Assembly (NCBI GenBank): GCA_021828665.1 | Contig: JAJZDH010000002.1 | Coordinates: forward strand, 1 to 41,690 | From: Thermoplasmata archaeon | GTDB lineage: Archaea > Thermoplasmatota > Thermoplasmata > Lutacidiplasmatales > UBA184 | Reading direction: 5' to 3' | Length of the DNA: 41,690 bases | Shown here: positions 24,780 to 34,800 of the stretch, in pieces | Numbering within the stretch: position 1 is the stretch's first letter | Layout: the number at the start of each line of letters is the position of its first letter | Notes under the pieces: model-generated | Seen by the model: the letters and a program-made list of their open reading frames with translations, nothing else | Database searches by the model: none | What the model was told of the DNA's origin: nothing | Translations under genes and position numbers: made by a program

Positions 24780-26087
24780 TCAGAGACCGAGATAGAGCGC
24801 GAGGAAGAGCACGCCCAGGGTGATCGCGGTGAGGGGCAACCCGTACCGGACGAACGGCAGCAGCCGGAAGGGGACGCCGCGGGCCTCCGCCTGCTGTCCG
24901 ATGATCAGGTTGCTGGCGGCGCCGAGGAGGGAGACATTGCCGACCAGAGTGCTGCCCGCGGCCAGGGCCGTCCACGCGACCGGGGTGGTCCCCGCGAACC
25001 CCAGCGAACGGAAGAGAGGGATCTCGAGCGCCACCCAGGGCACGTTGCTCACCGCCTGGGATCCCACGAAGCTCGCGAGAAGGATCGAGCCCACGACCGC
25101 TCCGGTGCCCCGGCCCGGACCGGCGATGGGAAGGACCGCCTGGAGGGCGCCGAGGACCCCGGCCTGCTCGGCGCCGGCCACGAAGACGAAGAGCCCCACG
25201 AACAGGAGCAGCACGCTCCATCGGATGCGCCGGTAGATGGCGAGGCGATCGGGGCGGAGGAGGACGACGGCGAGCGCTCCCACCAGCGCCACCTCGTCGA
25301 GCGGCCAGGCGGTCGTTCCGGAAACGGAGGCGTACAGATTGGAGCCGACGAGGACCGCCATGGTGGCGGGGAAGACCAGCAGGACCGGATGGCGGCGCCA
25401 CCGCGGGCCGTTCGGGCCGGCGGGCCAGAGCGGGATCCGGGGGAACCGGCGGATGCCGGGGGCGGACCCGGCCGGAAACCGGTCCCGGAAGGCCCACCGC
25501 AGGTACAGGCCGCCGAGGACGAGGTTGACGGCCGTCGGGATCAGGAGGTAGCGCAGGAAGACCGTGACGGGAGCGGAGAGGCCGCTATCGAGCGCCACCA
25601 GGAGGTTCTGGGGGTTGCCCATCGGCGTGAGCACGCTGCCGACCGTGACCGAAAAGGCGAGGGTGAGGAGGAGCGGGCCCGGATCGGAATCGAGCCGCCG
25701 GGCCACCGACAGGAAGAGCGGGACGCCGAGGAGCACCAGCGCATCGTTGAGGAGGAACGCCGACAGGCTCCCGAACCCCACGAACAGGTAGAGGGGCAGG
25801 TCCGCGGGCCGGGGGGTCCGCCCGAGGATCCAGGCGGCGAGATGGTCGAGCGCCCCCGACTCCTCGAGCGCCACCGCGAAGACGAAGAGGGCGAGCAGGA
25901 ATCCGAAGACCGGAGCGTTCTGCTCGAGCGCCGCGGCCGCGGCCGCCGGCGAAATCACGCCCGCGGCCACGAACGCCCCCGCGCCCGCGAGGAGGAGGAG
26001 CCAGATCCCGGGCCCGCGGCCGAGACCCTGCCGGAGGACGACCACCCCGAGGGTGACGGCGAACAGGAGGAGAGCCAGCGTTTGCAT
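24780..26087 (-). CDS. ArsB/NhaD (CitMHS-like) family anion permease
   Basis: 435 aa and highly hydrophobic throughout. Features: FLLNDALVLLGVPL, LTPMGNPQNLLV. A GGAGGAGGGGGG tract lies just upstream of the ATG. Confidence 0.8.
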   Translation of the reverse strand: MQTLALLLFAVTLGVVVLRQGLGRGPGIWLLLLAGAGAFVAAGVISPAAAAAALEQNAPVFGFLLALFVFAVALEESGALDHLAAWILGRTPRPADLPLYLFVGFGSLSAFLLNDALVLLGVPLFLSVARRLDSDPGPLLLTLAFSVTVGSVLTPMGNPQNLLVALDSGLSAPVTVFLRYLLIPTAVNLVLGGLYLRWAFRDRFPAGSAPGIRRFPRIPLWPAGPNGPRWRRHPVLLVFPATMAVLVGSNLYASVSGTTAWPLDEVALVGALAVVLLRPDRLAIYRRIRWSVLLLFVGLFVFVAGAEQAGVLGALQAVLPIAGPGRGTGAVVGSILLASFVGSQAVSNVPWVALEIPLFRSLGFAGTTPVAWTALAAGSTLVGNVSLLGAASNLIIGQQAEARGVPFRLLPFVRYGLPLTAITLGVLFLALYLGL

Positions 26088-26416
26088 GATGCGGAAATCC
26101 CCCCTCCTCCGGTCCCCCGATCGGCCCGGGCGCGGGCGTCAGGCCCCTCCGCGGTCGTGGGGCCGTCGGCGGCGTGCCGGGGACCCGGATCCCCGTCCGC
26201 GACCTCCCGTCGCCTCCCCGGGTCCCGGAGGCCGATCCGCCGCGGTGGCGGTGGCGGTCGCCGCCCGCATCGCGCGGGGCCGCGGGGATCCTGGAGGCGC
26301 CCCGCCGCCGCGCGCCGCCGGAGGAGCTCCTCCGGGCCGGGCCGGAGCGGCGTGGGGGGAGGCGGCCTCGCGGGAGCCGGACCGGGCCGGCACTCCCGAC
26401 CGATCCGGCGGAAGGG

Positions 26417-26433
26417 GCCGACCTAAGGTCGGC
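26417..26433. repeat. Perfect 17-bp palindrome GCCGACC-TAA-GGTCGGC
   Basis: Read directly at 26417-26433. It is the only A/T-containing patch in its part of the 26088-26547 spacer. Confidence 0.5.
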
Positions 26434-26547
26434 GGCGGCGCCGCCGTCGGCCGCCCGCGACCGGCGGACGTCCGGGATCCGGACCGCTCGGGACCCACGC
26501 CCTCGTCCCTCCCTCCGACCCGGCCGCCGCCCCTTCCCGGCGGGCGA

Positions 26548-27537
26548 TCACCCGGGCGCCGCGGGCCGTGGGATCCGGAACCATCCCGGTCGGGCCGACA
26601 GGTGCCCCTCGGGATCGATATCGACCCGGACCGATGCGGCCCGGCCGAGCAGGGAGTACTCGAGCGAGTACCATTGGACCGCCCACCCTCCGGGGACGGT
26701 CGGGGCCACCCGGGCGAAATGATAGGTGTCGTCGAGCATCGAGCTCGTGCGACGGGCCAGAGGGTAGGAGCGCTCGAGCGCCCCCGCGGCATCCCGGACC
26801 GGCCCCGCCGCCCCGGCGGCGGCCGTGAGGGGGACATCGACACGGTTCGGGCCCTCCACGATCCCCCGACCGAGCCGGTAGACCAGATAGCCCGTGCGCA
26901 GCCGGCCGCCCTCGCGGCGCTCGAAGAGCAGCATCCAGCGGAGCGGGTGGCCGGTGGGCACGATGACGGAGAATTCGGGGAGCCGACGGCGGACGGCCCC
27001 GATCCGCCACCGGCCGGCGAGGCGGAGGGAAACGTACCCCCCGTAGAAGATCAGGAGGCCGTCGACGGTGAGGGTGTACCACGCGAACGGCACCCGGTCC
27101 CGCTCGAATCCCAGGAGGAAGATGGACAGGAGGCTCGCGACGAGGGTGAAGAGGTTGATGGCCCGGTCGGCGTCGAGCTCGAGCGGCCGCTCGGAGAACG
27201 GAAGGAGCGGGGCGACGGAGAAGTGGGTGAACGCATCCCCGAGCATGTGGCCGATCCCCGCCGCCTCCATCACGAGGAAGTAGAGCCAGGGGTCCCCCGG
27301 GGCGATCCGGGGCGCGACGAGGAACCCCCCGACGAGGGCGACCAGGCTCACCCCGAGGATCGAATGGGTGATGCCGTGGTGGCGCAGCAGCGGGAACCGA
27401 CGCCGCAGCGGGAAGAAGAGGATATCCGCATCGGGGAGGCCGCCGGCCACGGCGCCCGCGGCCAGGTACTCGGGCCGGAACCCGACGATCCCGTAGCTGA
27501 CCAGATAGCCCACGAGGACGTGGGTGAAGAGGTCCAT
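26548..27537 (-). CDS. Membrane-bound metal-dependent hydrolase (YdjM/DUF457-like) with an uncharacterised C-terminal half
   Basis: 329 aa. Motifs: MDLFTHVLVGY...LPDADILFFP...HHGITHSILG...GHMLGDAFTH. The C-terminal roughly 150 aa match no family I recognise. Confidence 0.7.
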   Translation of the reverse strand: MDLFTHVLVGYLVSYGIVGFRPEYLAAGAVAGGLPDADILFFPLRRRFPLLRHHGITHSILGVSLVALVGGFLVAPRIAPGDPWLYFLVMEAAGIGHMLGDAFTHFSVAPLLPFSERPLELDADRAINLFTLVASLLSIFLLGFERDRVPFAWYTLTVDGLLIFYGGYVSLRLAGRWRIGAVRRRLPEFSVIVPTGHPLRWMLLFERREGGRLRTGYLVYRLGRGIVEGPNRVDVPLTAAAGAAGPVRDAAGALERSYPLARRTSSMLDDTYHFARVAPTVPGGWAVQWYSLEYSLLGRAASVRVDIDPEGHLSARPGWFRIPRPAAPG

Positions 27538-27562
27538 CGGTCCGGGCGGGAGAGTGGGCTCC

Positions 27563-27829
27563 CTACAGGAGCCCTTCCTCGATCACTTCGACCGATTCCA
27601 CGTTCTCGACGTGGCGGAGCGCCTCCTCGGTGGCCGGCAGGATCCCGCCGGTGTCGGCCATGACGATCGACACGAGGAGCGACTTGAGGCCGAAGGCGAT
27701 CTCCTTGACCTGCATCCCGCGGAGCTTCGCCTCGGGAGGCAGCGCGAGGCGGACCGCCTCGGCCACCGCCTTCATGTCCGTGTCCACGCCCGACGGCATG
27801 ACCCGGAACAGCACCGCCACCTGCCCCAT
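27563..27829 (-). CDS. Translation elongation factor aEF-1 beta
   Basis: 88 aa from the internal ATG (complement of 27827-27829) of track ORF 27563..27850. MGQVAVLFRVMPSGVDTDMKAV...IAFGLKSLLVSIVMAD...VENVESVEV matches the aEF-1beta pattern. Confidence 0.85.
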   Translation of the reverse strand: MGQVAVLFRVMPSGVDTDMKAVAEAVRLALPPEAKLRGMQVKEIAFGLKSLLVSIVMADTGGILPATEEALRHVENVESVEVIEEGLL

Positions 27830-27862
27830 CCGATCTCGCTCCCTCTCCACCCGTCCCGTCGG

Positions 27863-28036
27863 CTACGGACCGGTAAAGCCGCATTTCGGGCAACGATAGG
27901 AGACCGATTGGTCCCGGCACCGCGGGCAGCGGCCCAGCGTCTCCGCGCCGCAGTCGGGGCAGAGGAAGTGGGTCGACCCGTGGCCGGCGAGCGCCGACCC
28001 GCACGAGGTGCACCGCAACTCCCCGACGGCCATCAT
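27863..28036 (-). CDS. Zn-ribbon protein (COG2888-like, predicted RNA-binding/translation-associated)
   Basis: Not in the ORF track. My translation of the minus strand gives the 57-aa product MMAVGELRCTSCGSALAGHGSTHFLCPDCGAETLGRCPRCRDQSVSYRCPKCGFTGP*. It sits immediately upstream of aEF-1beta, which I recall as the usual archaeal arrangement. Confidence 0.7.
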   Translation of the reverse strand: MMAVGELRCTSCGSALAGHGSTHFLCPDCGAETLGRCPRCRDQSVSYRCPKCGFTGP

Positions 28037-28076
28037 GGTGTGGTGCCCCCTTCGCGTACGTCCGGAGAAGGGAGGC

Positions 28077-28889
28077 CTACCGCTTCCGTCCCCGGCGACG
28101 GTTGCCGAAAACGGTTAGCGATATAAAGATGGCGAGGACGAAGGCGAACGCCCCGGCCACGTACCAGAGCGTGTTGTTCGGCGGGGCCGAGGCCACGTAG
28201 AACGATTGGGAGTACTGGGTGGCGCCCCCGGCGAAGACCACCAGGCCGTGGGCGTTCGCGAGGCTGAGGGAGAACGTATGCCAGCCTCCCGCGAGGTCCG
28301 GGTTCACGTAGCTGTACCGGATCTGGTAGGACGCCCCTGCCGTGAGCGCCGGCACCTCCACGGAGCCGACGGGGGTGCCGTCGAGGAGGACCAGGACCGC
28401 GAAGGGGCTCGAGCCCATCCCGGAGGCCACGACGAGCGAGGCGGTGATCGTGTAGGGCAGGATGACGGTGATCGTATAGCTCAGGTTCGTCGAGGCGTTC
28501 CGACCGTTCAGGCCGCTCGTCACCTCGATGTTGAGGGTGAGCGTCTGGGTGAGGTTCGAGGTGGCGAGCGAGAGGGAGTGCGCGCCGTTCTCCAGGATCC
28601 CCGCCGTCGGATTCAGGGTGACGCCGGTGGTGTTGGCACCGATCACCGACGCCGAGAAGCTCACCGTCCCGAGGAGCGTCCCGTTGAAGCCGTAGGCCGG
28701 ACCGCCGCTCGCGGAGAGGGTGTAGTTGTAGGTGAGGTCGGTCCCCACGCTCGTCGGGCCGTTGACGGAGGCGCTGAGCGCGGGGTAGGCCGTGGCCCGG
28801 GCGTTCCCGGCGGCGAGGAGGGTGGCGCCCGCCCCCGAGGCGACCAGGAGGAGGAGCAGGACGAGGACGGGGACCGGCGAACCCCTCAC
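28077..28889 (-). CDS. Sequon-rich membrane-anchored surface protein (hypothetical), translationally coupled to aglB
   Basis: 270 aa from the GTG (complement of 28887-28889), which overlaps the aglB TGA (GTGA), inside track ORF 28077..29255. N-terminal hydrophobic signal/anchor: VRGSPVPVLVLLLLLVASGAGA. There are 7 N-x-S/T sequons. The C-terminus has a TM helix plus a basic tail (LWYVAGAFAFVLAIFISLTVFGNRRRGRKR). Confidence 0.6.
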   Translation of the reverse strand: MRGSPVPVLVLLLLLVASGAGATLLAAGNARATAYPALSASVNGPTSVGTDLTYNYTLSASGGPAYGFNGTLLGTVSFSASVIGANTTGVTLNPTAGILENGAHSLSLATSNLTQTLTLNIEVTSGLNGRNASTNLSYTITVILPYTITASLVVASGMGSSPFAVLVLLDGTPVGSVEVPALTAGASYQIRYSYVNPDLAGGWHTFSLSLANAHGLVVFAGGATQYSQSFYVASAPPNNTLWYVAGAFAFVLAIFISLTVFGNRRRGRKR

Positions 28890-31800
28890 CGGCGCCACCT
28901 CCGGGTCCGGTACCACCGCAGCGTCACGAAGAAGAGGAGCGCCGCCGCGGCCGGCACGAAGACCAGCGGATAGAGGAGCCAGGTGGGGTAGGCCGGCGGC
29001 GTCCCCAGGCCGGGCCCGGTGACCGTGAGCGTGCTGTTCGAGATCGAGACCGGCAGGAGGGAGACGGAGAGCGCGAGCGTGGAGGTGACGGCCGCGGAGC
29101 GGTTGACGACGGCGGCCTCCACGTGCACGACGCCGGGGTTCGACGGGTTCGACGGCCCCGTGGCGAGGAGGATGCGGTAGGAGGTGTTCGTGGCCGGCTG
29201 GAGCGTCACCGGTCCGATCACGGGCGTGGTGCCGCTCAGGATCCGGGCCGTCCATCCGAGCCCCTCAATGGCGACCAGGTTCGAGATGGAGAGGGAAACG
29301 GACTCGGGCGCATTGCCGGTGTCGAGGACCCAGAACGGAAGGGTCGTGGAGTTCGATCCGACGGTGCCGAGCGAGGGGCTCGCGCCCATCTCGATCCCGT
29401 AGTACGGCTCCACGGAGAGCGTCGGCGCCGGGGTGGCCACCCCCACGATGATCCCACCGGCGAGGACCGCCTCCAGGGTGATCGGCGGGACCGTCGTGGG
29501 CGTCGCCGCCGGCAGGTGGATGCGGAGGGAGCCCGTCGCCGACCGGTTCCCGGCGGCCAGGCCGAGCGATACATTCTCCGGGGTGAAGTTGAAGGTCCAC
29601 GTCGACGGCGCCCCCACCATGTGGAGCGCGAGCGGCGTGTTCCCCACGTTCGTGAGGCTGTACGCGAGGCTCACCGTCCCGCCCGGCAGGACGGTGAAGG
29701 CGTGCGGCCCCTGGATCTGGAAGTCGACCGTACGGGAGAGGAGCGGTGTCAGGGCGATCCCGGTGGCGGCGTTCCCGTTCTCGAGCTCCACCACCGCCGT
29801 TCCGGTCGTCGCGGTCCGCACCCCGTAGGGGTTCGCCGACGCGTTCGCCTGGAAGGTCCAGCTCCCCGGTGGGAGCGCGAGGGGGATCGGGACCCCGACG
29901 GGCACCCCCGTTTCCACGAGGTGCATCCCGGAGGGACCGGAGAGGGTGAGGTTCGCGGTGGCCGACGACCGCGCGGCGGCGCTGCTCAGCGTGAGGAAGT
30001 CGGTCCAGGTGGTCCCCACCGTGAGGGGGAGGGTCTCGGTCGGGTACGTGGAGAGCACCGCCCGGCCCATCGACGCGAGGGTCACCCCTCCTTCCGTCGC
30101 CGTGGCATACACCTCGTAGGCCCCGGGGAGGAGGAACGCCGCGAAGGATCCCGACACGACGGGGACCTCCTGGGCGGCCACCGAGGGCGACGGGCCGACG
30201 AACATCACGGTCCCCGAGAGCGGCCCGGGGTAGCTCGGATAGACGACGGTGCCGGTCACCTCGAGGAGATCCTTCGTCGCCAGGAGGACCACCGTGCAGT
30301 TCGACTGCGCCGACGCGACGGTGCAGGTCGCCCCCGACGCCGTCCGGTACGTCCCCTCCTCCGAGAATCCCCCGGGGCCGGGGCTGAAGAGGGTGGTGTT
30401 GAGGAAGGGGTGGACGACGGTGCCGAGGGGGAGCGCGAGGGAAAAGACCCCGCCGAGAAGGGGGACCGACAGCGCGAGCCCGGAGCCGGTCTCCAGGGCG
30501 AGTTCCCGGGTCCCGTTCAGCGGACTCCCGTCCGGGAGGCTCACGGTCCCGCGGAGGAGCCCGCCCGGTTGGAGGAGGCTCACGAGGGCCGGCCGCATCG
30601 CGCCCGTGGCATTGACGACGATGCGGGTGAGGTTCGAGAAGCTCGCATTGCCGAGCGCCGCCTGCGCGAGCAGGGTATCGGTGCCCGGGGGCGTGAGGAA
30701 CGGGAGGACGAACGCCGACCCCGTGAGGTTCTGCTCGAATCCGTCCCCCGAGAGGGACACCTCGACCGCGGCGTCGGAGACCCCCTTCGGGAGCGCGAGC
30801 TTCCCGGTCGCGGGGATCTCGAAGCGCACCGGCACGGTGAGGTTCGCCGCGCCGGAGCCGATGGGGATGTCGAGGAGGACCGGGGCGATGGTGCGGTAGA
30901 GTCCGACCGCGTGGGGGATCGGGGCCCAGGCGGCCACGGAGTAGTTGCCCGGGGTCAGCGACAGGGCGTAGCCGGTCCCTCCCGTCGCCTCCGAGCTCGC
31001 CGCGGGGGACCCGACGGCGGTCAGGTTGAGGTGCGTCGCGGTCCCGGCCGGCAGGCCGGTCACCACGATCCGGGTCGGCACCGGGGTGAGGTTCAGCGGG
31101 AGGATCCCGAGCGACGCCGCCGTCTGGGGGCTGAGGCCGCACTGGTCGAAGGGGGCGAAGCCGGGCGCCGTGACGTTCAGGCAGAGGCTCTCCCCGACGG
31201 GAAGCGTTCCCGGGATGAGGAGGGTGAAGTTGCCGGTGCGGTTGGTGGTGGCCGTCAGGTACGCCCCGGTCGGATCGACCGTCAGCCGCACGACCGACTC
31301 CGGGGCCGGGTAGATGCTGCCGCGCCCCAGGACGGCGCCCACCGTGGCGTGGAAGGTGGTGGCCGGGCCCAACCCGAGGGAGACGGAGGTGTCCGAGGCG
31401 ACCGAAAGGCTCGCCAGGCCCACGTACGCCGGGGCCCCCGAGGTGGGAGGGACGCTCGCGGAGAGGCCGTAGGTGCCGGCCGGTAGCAGCAGGAGCCAGT
31501 TCCCCGATTCGTTGTCGAAGGCGCTCACCGAGTATCCGTTCGACGCGAAGGCGGAGATGGAGATCTCGGTCGGGCTGACCGTGCTCGTGGGCGGCGGGGT
31601 GTGCCCGCTCACGAGGTAGGCCGGCACCAGGTTCGCGGCCGGGGCGACCGCGAGCGTCCCGGCGGCGGAGATCGTGACCCGGTCGATGGCGGCATACGGG
31701 CGGCCGTTGAGGAGGCCGGCGGCGTAGACCTGGTAGCTCCCGAGCGGCAGCGTCGCCACGATCGTGCCGTTCGCGGGGGAGACGAACAGCGTCGAGTTCG

Positions 31801-34800
31801 CGCCCGTCGTGTTCGTGACCGGGGCGCTCGAATTCGTGGACGACCGCGCGAGGGCGGAGGAGGCCGGGGTGAACCGCACCGGGAACCCGGCGACCGGGGC
31901 GCCGTTCCGGGCCACCGGGAGGAGGATCGAACCGACCGCGGTGAGCGTGAGATTCAAGTGGGCGGAGGCCCCCTTGGTGGCGAGGGAGACCACCGTCGGG
32001 ACCGACGCGAGGGAGGCGGAGGGCAGGCGGGCCTGGACCGTGTAGCTCCCCGGACCAAGGTCGCTGACCCGGAAGGCGCCGGAGGCGTTGACGGCGGTCG
32101 ACACCGACCCGGTCGGGTAGCTCACCCGGACCGTCGCCCCGGCCGTCGACGCGCCGGTGGGGAGGTTCACGGTCCCGAAGATCTCCCCCGGAGAGAGACC
32201 GACGCTCTGGTTGGAGTCGAGGCCGGGGGTGAGGTAGAGGTTGGGCTGGGTGTAGTTGGTGGCGCCGTCGGTCACGGAGAAGTTGTAGACCCCGGGCGCG
32301 ATGTCGGGGATCCGGAACGCCCCGCTCGCATCGCTCGCGAGGTGGTAGCTCGCGAGCCCGGGGCCCCAGAGATTGACCTCGGCCCCCGGCACCACGGTGT
32401 CCACGCTCGGCGAATAGCTCGAATTGTTGGCGGTGTTCCAGTACACCTCGCCTTGCACGGTGGCCGGGCGGAGGAGGATGTTCTGCACCTCGGTGGGAGC
32501 GTTGTCGGAGAGGGCGTAGGCGGAGGAGACCCGGAGGTGCAGGGTGGCGAGCACCGTGGTGCCCTGCTGGGTGAGGCCGTCGATGGAGCCGGTGGTCACG
32601 TTCACGGTGTCGTTCCCCGGCGGGAGGACGACGCGGTAGGAGCCGTCGGCGGCGGTGGGGACCACCATGTGCGGGATCCCCCAGCCGTCGTCCACCGTGA
32701 CGAACGCCCCGGGGACCGGCGCGCCGTTCGGCATCTCGACGGTGCCCGTCAGGGTCTGGCCGGGATAGTACTCGAGGATCGCCTCGCCGCCGTTGAAGTA
32801 GGACCCGGCCGAGGTGTCGGCCGTGCCGTTCGTGGCCTTGGCCCTGGAGACGGCGGTGGGGAGGTTCGCGGCGACGAAGCAGCCCGGGTGGGCGTTGGGG
32901 TTCGCGTAGGGACAGTAGTACGCGGTCCGGTAGACGACCTGGAAATGCTGGAGCATCCAGCCCGGCTCCGGGGAGCTCCCCTGCAGCGAGCCCGAGAGGC
33001 CCGGGATCCCGCTCCCCTGGCCGGTATCGGAGCCGTTGTAGCCGAAGTAGGTGCGGTAGATCATCGAGTTGTAGAACGGGGCGAAATAGTTGATGTTGTA
33101 GCTCACCGCCTGGACATTGGCGGGAACGTGCCCTTCGGGGTAGGTGTTCCCGTCGGAGCCCACCACGGAGACGTTGAAGAACGCCGAGGGGTTGCCGCCG
33201 CTGTCGATCGCCCGGTCGGTGAGATCCGCCGGCGCGTAGAAGATGCCGGTGTTGCTGCCCGAGAACGGGATCAGGCGGGAATCGACCATCGCGTAGCGGA
33301 TCGACCAGCCGGTGTAGGCCTGGATATCGTTGTACAGCTTCGCGATCTGGTTGAGCGAGAGGGTGTCGGCGAGGAACCAGGAGGCGGCCATGTACATCGC
33401 GTTCGTCGGATCGAGGTGGGCCGCGTTGACGGGAAGGTAGCGGCCGGGGTTCGCGATGACGAGCGGGACGTCCGCCGAGGTGTTGGCGAGGAGGTTGTGG
33501 AGCTCCGGGAGCGCCACCCCGTCGGCGGCGAGGAGCGCGTTCAAGGAGGCCGGCAGGTAGGGCTGGTGGGTCACGACCTGCTCGCCGGCGAGGAGCTCGA
33601 CCGCGAGCACGCCGATCGCCTCGCTCTCGTTCTGGCTCAGGAGGAACGCCCCGGAGGGGTCGATGCCATCCTGGAAGTTGTCCGCCACGACCGGGTGGCC
33701 GCCCTCGCCCAGGGTCTGGAACCCGTAATCCCACCAGCTCACGAGCGCCGGACGCTGGTAGAGCGGAAGATTGGTATCCTGCTGGGCGAGCCAATTGTAC
33801 CCGGCCTCGTCGTACTGGTTGGGGGTGTCCAGCGACGTCCCGGCGGCACCCAGGTAGAAGCTCGAGGCGTTGCCCGGCGAGGTCCGGAGCGGCGGGGGGA
33901 TCGTCTCGAAGATCTGGTCGTTGTACTGGCTCTTCAGGTTCCCGTAGGGGATCCCGGCGTCGATGGCGTACCAGACGTTCGGCACGATGATGACCAGGAC
34001 CAGCGCCATCACCAGCACGTGGCGCGGCTTGAAGGAGCGTCGGATGCTGGTGAGCTGGCCCCGGCGGTCGGAGAGGGAGGCCGCCGTGCGGCGGAGCTGC
34101 GCGTACCCCGCGATCTCGAGGATGAGGAGGATGACCTCGGCCGGCAGGAGGGCGAAGGTGGCGGTGCTGAGCAGGAAGAACTTCGCGGCGGTAATGGGCA
34201 GGTAGATCGTGATCACGGCGAAGACGAAGAACAGGACGTGCTCGCGCCGGAACTTCTCCCGTCCGATCCGGAACGCGAAGAGCACCAGCCCGACGAACGC
34301 CATGAAGAAGGTGACGACGCCGAACCCGAGGATGAGGGAGTCGATGGAGGGCGCCTGGGCCTCCGCCACCGTCGAGTAGACGAGGGTCTTCACGAAGTAC
34401 CCCTGGCCGGTGATGATGGTGACGAACGCCGAGGGGTCGACCGCGAGGAGGAGACCGACCGCCGCGAGACCGGTGAGGAGGAAGGCGGGGACGGAGACGA
34501 CCCACGGCTGGTCCCGGAGGAGGAGGAACGGCAGGAGCGCGACGAGCGTCCCGAAGAAGACGATGAGCGGGGTGTCGAACCAGCCCGCGAACAACCCCTG
34601 GACGATGTAGTACGGCATCGCCATCGGGAAGCCGATCAGCCCGACGATCCAGGTGGCCGAGTACAGGGCGAAGGAGTCCACCCGCCGGATCCGCTCCGCC
34701 AGCATCTGGACGATGAGGAAGATCACGAGGGCGGCGATGAAGAACGGGTACCCCTGCCAGCTCAGGGCGAGCGCCCCGAGGCAGACTCCCGTGAAGACCG

